Part shown: positions 25,725 to 38,051 of the stretch, one piece after another
Position numbering within the stretch: position 1 is the stretch's first letter
Layout of the letters: each line of letters begins with the position of its first letter
Origin: Chiloscyllium plagiosum
Taxonomy: Eukaryota
Assembly (NCBI RefSeq): GCF_004010195.1
Contig: NC_057720.1
Location: forward strand, 33,200,172-33,264,171
Length of the DNA stretch: 64,000 nt
Reading direction: 5' to 3'
Notes under the pieces: generated by a model
What the model was told of the DNA's origin: nothing
Seen by the model: the letters and a program-made list of their open reading frames with translations, nothing else
Database searches by the model: none
Made by a program: the position numbers and the translations under genes

Positions 25725-27096
25725 GGGAGAAAGTAAGGACTACAGACGCTAGAGATCAGAATTGAGAGTGTGGTGCTGGAAAAGCACAGCAGGACAGGCA
25801 ACATCCGAGAAGCAGGAGAATCGATGTTTTGGGCATAAGCCCTTCAACAGGAATGAGGCTTGTGGGCCAGGGGTCTGAGAGATGAATAGGAGGGGAGTGG
25901 GGTTGGGGGGGGTGGTAGCTGAGAATGCGATAGATGGATGATAGGTCGGAGAGGGGGGTGAAGCAGATAGATGGGAAAGGTGGTGGACAGTTCAGGAGGG
26001 CGGTGTCGAGTTGGAAACTTGGGACTGGGATAATGTGGGAGGAGGGGAGATGAGGAAACTGGTGAAATCCACATTAATCCCCTGTGGTTGCAGGGTCCCA
26101 ACGTGGAATATGAGACGTTCTTCCTCCTGGCATTAAGTGATAAAGGTTTGGCGATGGAGGAAGCCCAGGACCTGCATGTACTTGACAGAATGGGAGGGGG
26201 AGTTGAAGTGTTCAGCCACGGGACAGTGGGGTTGATTGGTGTGGGTGTCCCAAAGATGTTCTCTGAAACAATCCTCAAGTACCCATCCTGTCTCCCAGAT
26301 GTAGAGGAGACCACATTGGTGCAACGTATACAGTAGATGACATTGGTGGAGGTACAGGTAAATTTCTTTCATATGTGGAAGGATTCTTTGGGGCCTTGGA
26401 TGGAGGTGAGCGAAGGGGTGTGGGCACAGGTTTTGCACTTCCTGCAGTGGCAGGGGAAGGTGCCGGGAATGGGGTGTGGGCTAGTTGGGGGAATGGACCT
26501 GACGAGGGAGTCGCTGAGGGAAGGGTCTCTCTGGAACACTGGTAGTGGGGTCCATTTGTAGGTGGCAGAAGTGGCAGAGGATGATGCAATGTATGCGGAG
26601 GTTAGTGGGGTGGAAGGTGAGGACCAGGGGGATTCTGTCCTTGTTACATTGGGAGGGGTGGGATTCAAGGGTGGTGGTGTGGGAAGTGGAGGAGATGTGC
26701 TGGAGGGCATCATTGACCACGTGGGAAGGGAAATTGCGATGTTGGAAGAAAGAGGCCATCTGAGATTTTCTAAGGTGGAATTGGTCATCCTGGGAATTGA
26801 TGCAGCAGAGGCAGAGGAATTGGGAATAAGGGATGGCATTTTACAGGAGATAGGGTGGGAAGAGATGTAGTCTAGGTAGCTATGGGAGTCCGTGGGCTTG
26901 TAGTAGATGTCTGTGATTAGTCACACCTATCTCATTCTCAACTACCTTCCCCAAAACCCACCCCCCTCCCATTTACCTCTCAGCTCCCCCGGCCCACAAC
27001 CCTCATTCCTGATGAAGGGCTTATTTCCGAAACGTTGATTCTCCTGCTCCTCGGATACTGCCTGACCTGCTGTGCTTTCCCAACACCACACTCTCG
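25725..27096 (-). mobile_element. Penelope-like element, 5'-truncated, with RT C-terminus, GIY-YIG endonuclease, inverted terminal segment and 11-bp TSD
   Basis: GTFPCHCRKCKTC, VIYCIRC..GLLYIWETG..FREH..PVAEHFNSPSH (frameshifted); inverted terminus about 26925-27096; atcctgcaaaa at 25714-25724 and 27097-27107. Confidence 0.9.
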
Positions 27097-27545
27097 ATCC
27101 TGCAAAACATGTATAAATTGGATGCATCACTCTACATTTGTCAAGGGTTGTAAGTTGTTATAGGACACTTTCTGGGGAGAGATAGTAGGTATTTGTTCGG
27201 AAGGTGACATTTTGGTCAGCAATGTCAGTCGATAGATATGTGTCAAGTGCTGAGAAATTACTATAAGAACCCAGCATTAGGATTTGTTAGCAACAAAAGT
27301 AACTTCCCTATGGACTGTTATTGTAAGAATCCAGCAATCAATATCAGTGGATACAGTATGGACAGGATTACTGTGGCTAAATTAATTGCCTTAAGCGAGT
27401 GAGAGACAGAGAGAGAGAAAGAGAGAGAGACAACATTTGGCAGGCAGCTGTGAAGTGTGCAGCTTCAGCAGTTCAAGCACACTGGAGGCCTCAGTGCTAG
27501 AGGCAATAGCTTAGTGGTATTATTGCCGGACTGTTAATCCAGAGA

Positions 27546-27719
27546 GGTAAAAACAATGACTGCAGATGCTGGAAACCAGATTCTGGATCAGTGGTGCTGG
27601 AAGAGCACAGCAATTCAGGCAGCATCCGAGGAGCTTCGAAATCGACGTTTCGGGCAAAAGCCCTTCATCAGGAAGAAGGGCTTTTGCCCGAAACGTCGAT
27701 TTCGAAGCTCCTCGGACGA
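27546..27719 (-). mobile_element. Fold-back mini PLE with perfect 42-bp arms and 14-bp TSD
   Basis: Arms 27625-27666 and 27675-27716; tgttaatccagaga at 27532-27545 and 27720-27733. Confidence 0.9.
27640..27674 (-). ncRNA. Minimal hammerhead ribozyme motif
   Basis: uuc-CUGAUGA-AGGGCuuuuGCCC-GAAACGUC-gauu; intact core. Confidence 0.75.
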
Positions 27720-28696
27720 TGTTAATCCAGAGACCCAGGTAATGTCCTGGGTACTGGGTTTGAGTCCCGCTATGGCAAATTGTGGTATTTGAATTCAACA
27801 AAAATTTGGAATTAAGAGTCTAATGCTGATCATGAATCCATTGTCGATTGTTGGAAAAACCCATCTGGTTCACTAATGTCCTTCAGGGAAGGAAACTGCT
27901 ATTCTTACCTGGTCTGGCCTACATGTGACTCCAGACCCATAGCAATGTGGTTGACTCTTGTCCTCTGGGAAATTAGGGAGGGCAATAAATGCTGCCTCGC
28001 CAGCAATGCCCTCACCCCATGAATGAATAATACGTAAACTAGAGTGCATGTCTTAATGTTGCAGAGGAACTTGTATATATGTTAGCATTAATTTGTCTTT
28101 GCTAAACTCTTGAGAGCCATCAAGAGCCCAGGTTCAATGAACCAAGAAGACAAGGCCCCAAAATTCCTGGGAGCCATGACATGAATCAATCAAAAAATGT
28201 TGAACTAGTGTATCAGGCCAAGCAATGTTAAACATCAACCCCTATCTCAGAAAAAAACCTTGTTATTTACCTTATTGCCAAATAAACATTGCAAGTTTGC
28301 ATTTTAAATTAGGCATTATCCTCTTTGCCAAGATGTTTATTCTTCGAAAAAATGTTCTGACTCTAGGAATGAATATAGAACTCAACTCTACAAAGGCTGC
28401 AGAGAACCTCAGAACTCGTTCTTCGCCCTATTGCTCCGTAGTTTAGAGTTCGTGCTCATATTTTCTTTTGCAACCAGCTTCAGCACTTTCTCCAATCACT
28501 ATGCACCCCTGCTTTAAGAGGTGAAGGCTAGGTTTTCAAAGTGTGGCCACTAGTGTCACACAGACAAATATATCTTGCTGAGGATTGTAGCCACTCAGTG
28601 TTTAGTGCTGGCTGCATGTAGCTATCATGCATTAATTCAAAGCAAGAGGATTGGGTTACTTATGCACTGTGACACCACGGCCATTTCTGGACAAAA

Positions 28697-28917
28697 ATGT
28701 TGTTCTGCTAAAACACGTGTTTTGTTAATTCGCATATAATGTAACATAGTTGATGAACCGGGGACACTCTTTCTAAAGCACATACTTTTGAAATATATGT
28801 TGGCTTTAACGCGATTACATCACCAACACTTTAAGCAGTATTTCTAGAGAGCAATTTTTCTATAATATGGGATTGCACAAGAACACAACCTATCCCATTA
28901 TAAAAGAGCTACCTGTA
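28697..28917. mobile_element. Second copy of the MITE at 1704-1925 (opposite orientation)
   Basis: tttctaaagcacatac..tatgttggctttaac is the reverse complement of gctatagccaacacg..gtatgtgctttagaaa; ends cctg-TA. Confidence 0.55.
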
Positions 28918-29761
28918 TTCATTTTCACTACTATTGTGTCTTTGGGTAATCATGCTGAGGGGCAGTGCACAGATGAGAAATAGAATTCCACAAAAATAAT
29001 TTCCAGGGACTTCAGAGGTAACAATGCAGGAAAAATAAATTCAGTAGATACTCTTGTTACAGCATAGCACTCTAGATATAGATTTCCCTATTAGCTTTAA
29101 AGGGCAAGCGGATTAGAGCAGATTAGAGGCTTTGGGAATCAAGCATTTCTTAAACAGGGGCATACAGTCATCAGTTTCACTAGGATCACCAGGAAGAGTT
29201 TTAGTTTGATTAATCCTAAATTCTGTGCATCCAAAGGCGGGTGTGCAGCTAAGAAAAGAACTGGAATGGGTATCAGCGATTAGCTATAAGAGCAAGGAAA
29301 GGATAATGATAATCCACTACCTTCAACAAATAACAGTTGTAGTCACTCAAATAAAGTCATTTCACGCCTGCCACACAAACTCCTGTACTGACTAAGCTGT
29401 CTACAACCTTTCTGCAGCAGATTGAAACATGCATTCCTCTAAGTATTACTAAATTCCCAAAAGTTGATGGTAACACAAAAATGAGCACAAAAATTGATGT
29501 GATCAAGCTATGCCTACTTGAAACAAGATCATTCAGTAGAAATGTTTTTTATTCTATCTACAATTGCTACTTAACACAGACTACCGTTCGTGCACGTTTA
29601 CTTGTTTGTTCTTCAAACTTACCATTCTACTGTTTCCTGAATGAGATGACGTTGACCAATGGGTAAAGGTAACTTTTTCTCAAAAGCCTGAAGTAACTGT
29701 TATTTCAGAATAACTTCTGCCCAGGAGGAATTAACTTCTAGTAGCTGTTATCTAGAAGGGA

Positions 29762-30090
29762 TGGCACGGTGACTCAGCGGTTAGCACTGCTGCCTCAAAG
29801 CGCCAGGGATTCCAGCCTCAGGCGAATGTCTGTGTGGAGTTTGTACATTCTTCCCGTGTCTGCGTGAGTTTCCTACAGGTGCTCCAGTTTCTTCCCACAA
29901 TCCAAAGATGTGCAGGTCAGGTGAATTGGCTATGCTAAATTGTTTATAGTATTCAGGGATGTGTAGGTTAGGTGCATTGGTCACATGTAAATATAGGACA
30001 ATAGAGTAAGGAAATGGGTCTGGGTAGGTTTCTTTTCAGAGGGTTGGTGTGGACTTGTTGTGCTGAAGGGTTTGTTTCCAGACTACAATT
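29762..30090 (+). mobile_element. HE1-like SINE
   Basis: ggcacggtgactcagcggttagcactgctgcctca head; tccaaagatgtgcaggtcagg core; CR1-derived tail. Confidence 0.85.
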
Positions 30091-30396
30091 CTGAAGTGGC
30101 TCAGGATGATATGCTTGGGCTTTACTATATAAAGACATTGGAAAGAGTCTGAAGGAAGCAGACTCACCGCTACTGCTGGGGACAACAACACTGGAGTCTA
30201 CTTGTTCAAAGACATGACTGGATGCCAAAGATAAAATAGTTCCATTCAGTTTTTGCAAGTCTTGTGACAAAATTCTGCTGAAAGCGTCTATGGACATCTG
30301 AGATTTTCAAATTTTCTTAAGTTCACTTGTATTTCTCTCCTTTTAAAACTTAAAACACTACAGCACCTGGTAGTTCCAGACTTCCCATTTTGATTC

Positions 30397-32497
30397 TGTT
30401 ATGATCCCAGCTCAGAGTAATACCAGACAAATCATATTCCAGCATGATACGTGACTTGTAAGTTTTTTTTTTCACAATTGGGATACCATGGGGCTGCCAA
30501 TGTATTTTTAATTAAAGAACACCATTTTGTTATATTAAAAAAATGCTAGACATGGATAAGACAATTTGTAAAGATCTTCTCATAAATATTCAGAAGAGAG
30601 ATTCAATTCTTTTTCAAAGCAATAACTTCTACAGGTACTCAACCTCAGTGAAGTATCAGTCTTATCTTTGCTCTTTAATTTCTTACACAATTGATAAGTT
30701 TGCAAGCATTCCCTCTTGACAATTTTCGGCCCATTCACCAGATGTGATTTTCTTTGTTCCTCCCTTCGACATAGAAATACAGGCTACATCACTAACCTTT
30801 CTCTCTAAGAAAATGAATTCATGCTTGTTGAGATACTTTGCCCAATAACACATCTGTTGATTATATTTCTTTCTTATTCCCCTAAACTTTATTTGATAAA
30901 CTTCAGAAACAAACTTATAATATTGATCTCTTTTAATAGCTTCATAACCTGCAAATTATTTTTACTGAAACAATAAGGCACATTTTCATAGTAATAGCTA
31001 TTGTGACCCTCTCTAACATTAAGGTTCAATCAACTCCATTTCAATCAAGGCCATTTCAACTCCACAGCTATCTTTTGAAATGAGATGAAGTATCTTTCAA
31101 CTTCATCCTCTGTAAATTTAGCCACTTATCCCAGAATTCTGGTGAAATCAAATCCTTCCTTAGAATCTGAATCATCCTCCAAGTTACTGCCTCATCTTTC
31201 TTTCTTTACAATAAGCTTTTCTTTAACAAGTCACATTGTCTGATTTTGCTCAGTCTTTAGAATTTAAGCTTTTTAAATTTAAATTGTTTTTCTTTTTCTT
31301 TCTCCTCCCCTTCCAATTCAATTTTTCTTATTTCCTGTTCACTATCCTTTTCTTTCTCATTGATTTCCATTGTTCTTTTCTTTGCACTCTCTTATATTTT
31401 CATTCCTAATTCAAGTTTGTTTTTCATTTCTTACTGAACCTAAGCTAATTCTACTGGTAACACATACATTTCAGGTTTTGCCCTCTTTAATTACATACGT
31501 TGGGTAATCACATTAAGGATGTCATTCTTAAGAGATCATGCTTTTATCTGCTAACTCTCCTTGCAGCCTTCGTCAAAAATTCAAAACAATCTTAGCAATA
31601 GTCAATACCATTTTAAAAACTCACATGTGTAATATACTGCATAAAACCTTTCCTATTTTTATGTCCATATCTACACATAGTTGTTTCTTTAACGATACAC
31701 AGATCCCTCTCTTTAATCTCACCTCATGATGATACTGGATGAGTCAGATTCCAGAGTAAAACCTGAATCAATGGATCATAAGTTTGATCTTTGCAACTTG
31801 GTTATTGTAGTGGTCACTGAACATGTTTCTCTGTTAGCAAAAGAACGCAGGTTAATCACTTCAAAGAAAAAAGAACAAAGCTCCATCTCTCTCATATGTA
31901 AGACAATTTGCAGAAGATGTGATCATAAATAGTAAAAAGAATGATTACATTTTTCCCCAGAAGTAACCTTTACAGGCACTCATCCCAGTGAAACAACACG
32001 CTTATCTTCACTTTTTAATTTCAAACACAACTTGAAGAGGTTGCAAGCATTGCCTTTTGATGAATTTCTACACATTCACCCACTTTAGATCTCTCCATCT
32101 CTCCCTGAGACACACCGATACAGGCTGACTCATTGACATTTCTCACTGAATCAAAGGAAAAACTCAAGGCTTTTTCCAGTAACTTTGACTACTTTGAGGC
32201 TTCTAAAACAGCATATCAGATGGTATAGATCTTCTCTTCTGAACTAAATCTGTTTTTGCCTTCTGATCTCTCTTTCTTTGGGTCACAAAGATCAGCTTCG
32301 TGAAATTCAGTGAATATACCACCAGGTATCCAGTATAGTAGTTTAGCTTAAATCACAGAAAATGCTCGGAACATATTTGGAAATGCTGTTTTCCATCCCT
32401 GCTCAATAAAAGTCACCTTCACACAAAAACTCTTTCATCTCAACTTTAGAAATCTAACCTCCCAAATAATAATAAGAAATTATAAACCTTCATCACA
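30397..32497 (-). mobile_element. Internally deleted Gypsy-type LTR retrotransposon (gag remnant between two diverged LTR-like copies)
   Basis: Minus 31175-31048 reads FDFTRILG*VAKFTEDEVERYFISFQKIAVELKWP; 30946-30881 reads YEAIK..YKFVSEVYQIKFR; outer ends TGTTATGA...TCATCACA; about 30397-30860 resembles about 31725-32497. Confidence 0.65.
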
Positions 32498-34724
32498 ATT
32501 AGATTTAATATTGAAACTACGCTAACCTGTATTTTTCAGTGGGTTACAATGATTCACTACTGCCTGAAATTATCCACGCACCTTTAATAATACTCTTAAA
32601 TTTTGTCTGCTTTTGTAAATTATTCTAGTTTCTTTAAGACTGGAACTGTTTATTTAAATGTGTTGACAATTATTGCATCCTTCCCTTCCATCTATTGTTC
32701 AGCTTTATCATCACTGCAAAACATTGTAAATCCTCCATTAAAACAGTACTCTCCTGTAGTGTTCAACTTTGTTTAACTTCTCTCAGGTGCTCTTTCAACT
32801 TTTACTTCTTTCAGCTGCTCTTAGCCTCATACAGAATAAAGAAAAATGAAGTAGCATTGAGGCGCAACATGTTGCAGTATCGATGTAGTAAATCACATTG
32901 GTGGGATATAGGTTATTGCTTTCATTCTGCAGAATTCTCAATCTTCGTTGTGTTGCTGGGTGAGATATTGAAGCCAGTAATTCATCACAGGAGGGGAAAA
33001 TAAATGGAAGTTGAAAAAAAATAAAGTAGAGAAGAAAGAAATCTGCAGGTGTTTTGAGAGCCAGCATATAATTTTCTTGATCTCTGTACTCTGGTTTAAA
33101 TTTACAGAATATCAATTACCAATTATCTATCACGGGTTAACCTCATTTTGTCCCTTTTGGTTTTAAAGCACTCTCAAAGCTATTTTCGTACTGTGAAGAT
33201 GATGATGAGCTTCCAGTTTATGTTCATCATGCCTCTTATTTGCGACTTTGAGAAGGGGCCACTGGCACTGAAGGATAATTATTAAAGCTGTTCAGTTCTG
33301 TAGCCTCAGTTGGTGGTGATTAGGGCTACCACAGTGGAGATAATTATGTTATTTTCTTCCCAATGGCTACATGATTAGTAATTATACCCTAAACAAAGAA
33401 CACATTCATTTACTGTCTGTGAGAAAGTAAGGTAAAAACAGCTTGACCTGAGTGTACTCCATCTGAACACTGCAAAAAAAAGCTGACAGGTAAGTGTGTT
33501 TAACAGGTACTATAAGAGTGACACAATCACAGTAACTAGGGTGAGCATCAGTCATAAACAGACGGCTGAGAAACTGAAATTGAAACTGAAATAATCAGAA
33601 ACATGTGATTCAAACAATAGCATAAATGTGTCACTCAATCAGATAATATATGCTCATCGCTATGAACAGCTTAAGGGAGATGCAGGTAACAAAAGGAAAA
33701 TATTACTTCACTTTCACAAAAACCAGACCAATGTGACATTCTCAGTGATTGCGATCATCATTTCTGCATGAGAATTCCAAATTGTTAGCAGTTTTGAGCT
33801 GTAATATAAAACATAATTCTAGTACTTACAGAATACTACAGGTATGTGTCAAAATATTTCATGCAATAGATTAGTTTTGAAGTACATGATTCATAAAGCT
33901 AATTATTTAACACAAAAATCCCTCAAATAGCCATAGGACAAATAACTAGTCAAGGTTTTAAGTGCTATTGTGTATTTTCTTTTGCATTTCACATTTGCAA
34001 ACTAACTTTAAAAAATTTCCAAGACAGATTCCATTGTACCTATTTAAACTTGGTTATATTTTCTTAGGTGGCTGAAAGGGATTATATTTGTTGTTGAATT
34101 CTGTATTTGGCATCATTGAAACAACTGAGAATCTTCTTGTACCAGACATAATACAACATTGATTGAATTGAAATTACCCACTTGTGTTGTCATTGTCAAA
34201 TTTGTCAGTGAAGTGAGCACATGAATTAAGGAACTTTCTTCTCAATATCTCAATAGAATACAGTCACAATGAAAACAATATGCAAATAATATTAATTTTA
34301 AAAATTCCCTTGTTCAAATTTCACCACAGCAAATTGTTGGAACTGACTGAGATATTCTGCTACAGATCAGCATCTGTTATTTTTCAAGACTTAAGAGAAA
34401 TTAGTGTACAATATTCAAAATCTTGTGTTCAGACATAAGAGACACTAACCTAATCAGAGAAGTAAGCAGAGGCCTGTAACACTGGATCTCTACTCCATGG
34501 AATGCCTTACTTGGCCTGAACTTGAGACAGCAACTATTACATCTCTAAATGGATGTAATGATTTATGGGACTTACTTTAGCAATGAATGTTTAATACCAA
34601 CCTCCTGCATTGCAAAGTTTGACAGTTTAGGATAATGACATCATGAACATGTGACATTGAACTACCTAAGGAAGAAGGATTCTTTTGAGCTGAATCCTTG
34701 TGATAGATAATTGGTAATTGGTAA

Positions 34725-35155
34725 TCTATGTAAGATTCTGTAAATCCCTTTTGTAGATTAGAATCAGTCTGAACATTGGGGCATAGATAACCTCACAGAA
34801 GGCACCTTACACCTTTAATGCATTATCTGGGCTGGCATGGCACCTATTGTTAAAGTTCACTTGAGAATGTAACTTTAAAAAAAAGTGTGGGATTTACATA
34901 TGAAAGAACTGAAACCAACATGGTCATTCTAAAAGATGAGAGACTTAACAAACAATCCAGATCTTTCTCAATATATAATTTCAGTTACATCACACTGTAA
35001 ACTTTTGCTATAAATTCTGTGTCTTACGATCTTATACTCCACAACCACCTGATGATGAAGGAGCAGCGCTTTGAAAGCTAGTGCTTCCAAATAAACCTGG
35101 GGTTGTGTGATTTTTAACTTTGTACACCTCTGTCCAACAGCAGCACCTCCAAATC
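34725..35155 (+). mobile_element. PLE 3' region (second terminus family)
   Basis: Ends cac-ctgatgatga-aggagcagcgcttt-gaaagcta-gtg..gttgtgtgatttttaacttt, matching the 4767-4937 arm. Confidence 0.7.
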
Positions 35156-35299
35156 TTAGTGCAATGGAGTGTCACTACTTCTGAGCCAGAAGCCTGAGTT
35201 CAAGTCCCACTTGTTCCAAAGGTATGTTAAAATATGTCTGAATTGGTTGCTTACAAAATGCTTATATTCCCTCAGAAGGGATAATAAAGATAAACAAAT

Positions 35300-35960
35300 C
35301 CAGAGTTCCTTGGATCACAAAGGAGATAGTGTCAAATTATAAGTACAATTGAGAAACAAACTGAGTTCAGGGGAGGTGATAAAGCAAAAATGGATTATGA
35401 ACAAAGATTGGTTGCAATTATTCAGGATAGAATTAATATACATATGGAAAAATTTGAGTTACTTTCGAACAGTCAGCATAGATTTGTTAAGGGAAAATCG
35501 TGTCTAACTTCCTGAAGTTTTTTGAAAAGATAGCAGAGATGGTTGATGCAGCTTATGTTGTTGATGTGTTGGATATGGACTTCCAAATGATGTTCAATAC
35601 ATTGCCATACAACAAACTTCTGAAGAAAATAATATGTAATGGAATAAAAGCAACATGGATATAAGATTGTCTAGTGATAGGAAATGGAGAGTAATGGCTC
35701 ATGGGTAACTTTGGGTTCAAGAAGGCTTAGAGGAATATTCATCAGCGGTTCAGCATTACCTTCCTGTTCTTGTATTCTATGTCCAATTTAGAAAAGTATT
35801 GTCTGGAAATGTGGGGATGCAGCTTCAATTAAAGCATGACACAGAAACAATATGCAGGGTTCTGAGGAAAAGGCAGGAGTTCAGCAGTAAGTCCAAATGT
35901 TCAGAGAGATGGACCCGAATGGCCTTGTTCTGCACCATTGTAATGCCGTGATTCCGTACA
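35300..35960 (+). mobile_element. Highly degraded CR1 pieces
   Basis: cagtcagcatagatttgttaagggaaaatcgtgtctaact (QHGF..GKSCLT-like), atggacttccaa, 3'UTR ggacccgaatggcct. Confidence 0.55.
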
Positions 35961-36949
35961 TTTTAATATTTTTTCATGGGACAGTGCCATTATTGCAGAA
36001 GCTTTAATTTGGTTCTTTGAACTGTATTCTGGGGGAGAATCTAAGAATTTTCCATTCGCCAATATTGGAATAATCAATGTCACTGGTGAGTATTCAGATT
36101 ACCAACTTAAAGGTCAGATTGATCAATTCTGTCAAGGTAGATTGCTTGATGCGTGTTATAAATACCATATGCACATTAGTGGCAGAAACAATTAATATTG
36201 ATTGCTTGGCTGTGAAATGAAGATTGTAATTGTTTACTCTGGAAACAAGGTGCTTAAAGTTTGACTTTGACCTGAGAAGCAAGTGTTGTGGCTGAAGATA
36301 GGCTTTTTTAAAACTGGCTTGACGTATTGAACCATAATTATTCATAACTATTTTTTATTGAAAAATATACCTTTTTGATACTACTTTGTCTTACTCCATT
36401 TTTCAGGCAGTGGATATAACTGTTGTACCCAAATGGGCTTGAAGATGAATCTCTGTTTTGTCAGGCTGCAGTTAACAGCAATGTCCTATTTAACCTAGAA
36501 AAAAATCACATTAAAAAAACTGGTTCATATTAAGTATACTAAAAAAGAAACTTTAGGAATTTGAGAAGATTGCATTGATTGACAACATTTTCTGTGAAAT
36601 AACCAAAATTTAACAGCTTAATGTAACACATGGTTTGAACATATGGACAGCCCAAATATCATGAAGCAAGGATTCTTTATTCCACAGGAAGGGAACTTAA
36701 GTAGAAACAATTTAAATAAAGTATATGAAATGATCATGTTAATAACATTGGTATGAAGAAATACTTTATCTGCCTCCTCTCCTTTCCTTATAGTCCTCTC
36801 TCCACCAGAGACACTTTCATTGGACAGTGAGAGTCTATTCAACTGCTCCAATTGCCCTCCCTCACTGATGACACCTGCCGGCAGAGGTTCCATTACATGG
36901 GTGAAATCTGCACTACTTTCTCTCAACTGTTTATATGTTTTTTTCCAGT

Positions 36950-37220
36950 CCACACTGATCCTTCGAAGAGCATCCCATCCAGACCCACATCTCCTATTCT
37001 ATCCCTGTAGCCCTACACCTTCCATAGCTAATCCACCTTGCCTGCAGACAATGGGAAATTTAGCATGGCCAACCCACCTAACCTGGTCATCTTTGGAGGA
37101 GGAAACAGGAGCACCCAGAGGAAACCCACACAGACTTGGGGTGAATGTCATCCCATGGTGGAATCAAATCCATGTCCCTGATGCTATGAGACAACAGTGC
37201 TAACCACTGAGCCACCGTGC
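36950..37220 (-). mobile_element. HE1-like SINE
   Basis: aatttagcatggccaacccacctaacct..ggaaacaggagcacccagaggaaaccca..gtgctaaccactgagccaccgtgc. Confidence 0.85.
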
Positions 37221-37479
37221 AACCACCACCATAATTATGGCAAGTCAGCAGGGCCAATAGTACTTCATTGCACTTTTTACCCAAATAACCTCATTCTTAT
37301 ACCAAACAAAACATAATAAATCACACACCCTATCATTTTTGTGTGGGTTACCCATGTCATGCACTATAAAACCAACTGTTCTAATGTATCAGCAAAATTG
37401 TTTGTTATTCTAAATAGCTCTTTTGTTTGTTTTTGTATATGCATGGCACACAATGTGGATTGTTAGCTTTACCCAAGGG

Positions 37480-37548
37480 TACAATCAAACCCAGGTCTTT
37501 GGTGCTGTGAGGTAGTAATGCTAACCACTGAGCCACTGCGCCACCCTG
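37480..37548 (-). mobile_element. HE1-like SINE head fragment
   Basis: aatcaaacccaggtctttggtgctgtgagg..gctaaccactgagccactgcgcc. Confidence 0.7.
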
Positions 37549-37732
37549 ATTTAAATGTACTTTCAGAATATCCATTACCCCTTTATCTAAGGAGCATACT
37601 GCATCAAATATTACACCCAGTGAACTTATCAATAGTAGAAGAGTTTATTCAGTTGTTATATTATCAAATATTTTGCATATAAAGACAGGCTTAATAGAAA
37701 ACAAGATCCTGGTGGCTAACATATGCGCTGAG

Positions 37733-37967
37733 TGAAATAACTCTACGGTAGCCAGTATTCTGTCACCCAGTCACCCTTTATTTAAACATGAACAGTCCTT
37801 GATTATAGTGCTGCCTCTTCAGAGTCAGCTATCAGATTTTCATTATCTCTGACCCTCCTCCTTTTATCTGCCAGCCAGTGGTCCCTGATTGGACCAGATT
37901 ATCAGCCCCAATCAGAGAACTCATATTCTGTGAAGTCCAGCCTGTCGAGTTCAATACAATCACTACG
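37733..37967 (-). mobile_element. Solo LTR with 5-bp TSD
   Basis: ctgag at 37728-37732 and 37968-37972; minus strand starts with mutated CG in place of TG and ends CA, with CCAAT, GATAAAA and AATAAA in order; related fragment at 62035-62120. Confidence 0.7.
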
Positions 37968-38051
37968 CTGAGAACAAGGAAAATGTGTTCTGGGAACTTC
38001 TGAATTATACCTGTTATAGTGTTGTCTTCTCCCATCAACCCAGCCAGATCT

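Larger units (their letters stand above)
27500..28030 (+). mobile_element. tRNA-derived SINE with L2/CR1-clade tail, interrupted by PLE
   Basis: A box tagcttagtggta, B box gggtttgagtccc, tail gggcaataaatgctg..gccagc..ccatgaatgaataa shared with the LINE at 886-1535. Confidence 0.75.

Noticed and set aside
27397..27431. (GA)n tract
   Set aside because: Ordinary short imperfect microsatellite
23370..27733. CRISPR-like or prokaryotic repeat system
   Set aside because: The recurring palindromic motifs are dispersed PLE termini, not regularly spaced repeat-spacer units, and the context is vertebrate
29762..29830. tRNA genes (also 20495, 27500, 55753)
   Set aside because: A/B boxes continue into SINE core and LINE tail, with no full cloverleaf, so these are SINE heads
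33197..33272. Possible C/D-box snoRNA (ATGATGA...CTGA)
   Set aside because: No terminal stem or recognisable rRNA guide, and the C box lies in a (GAT)n run
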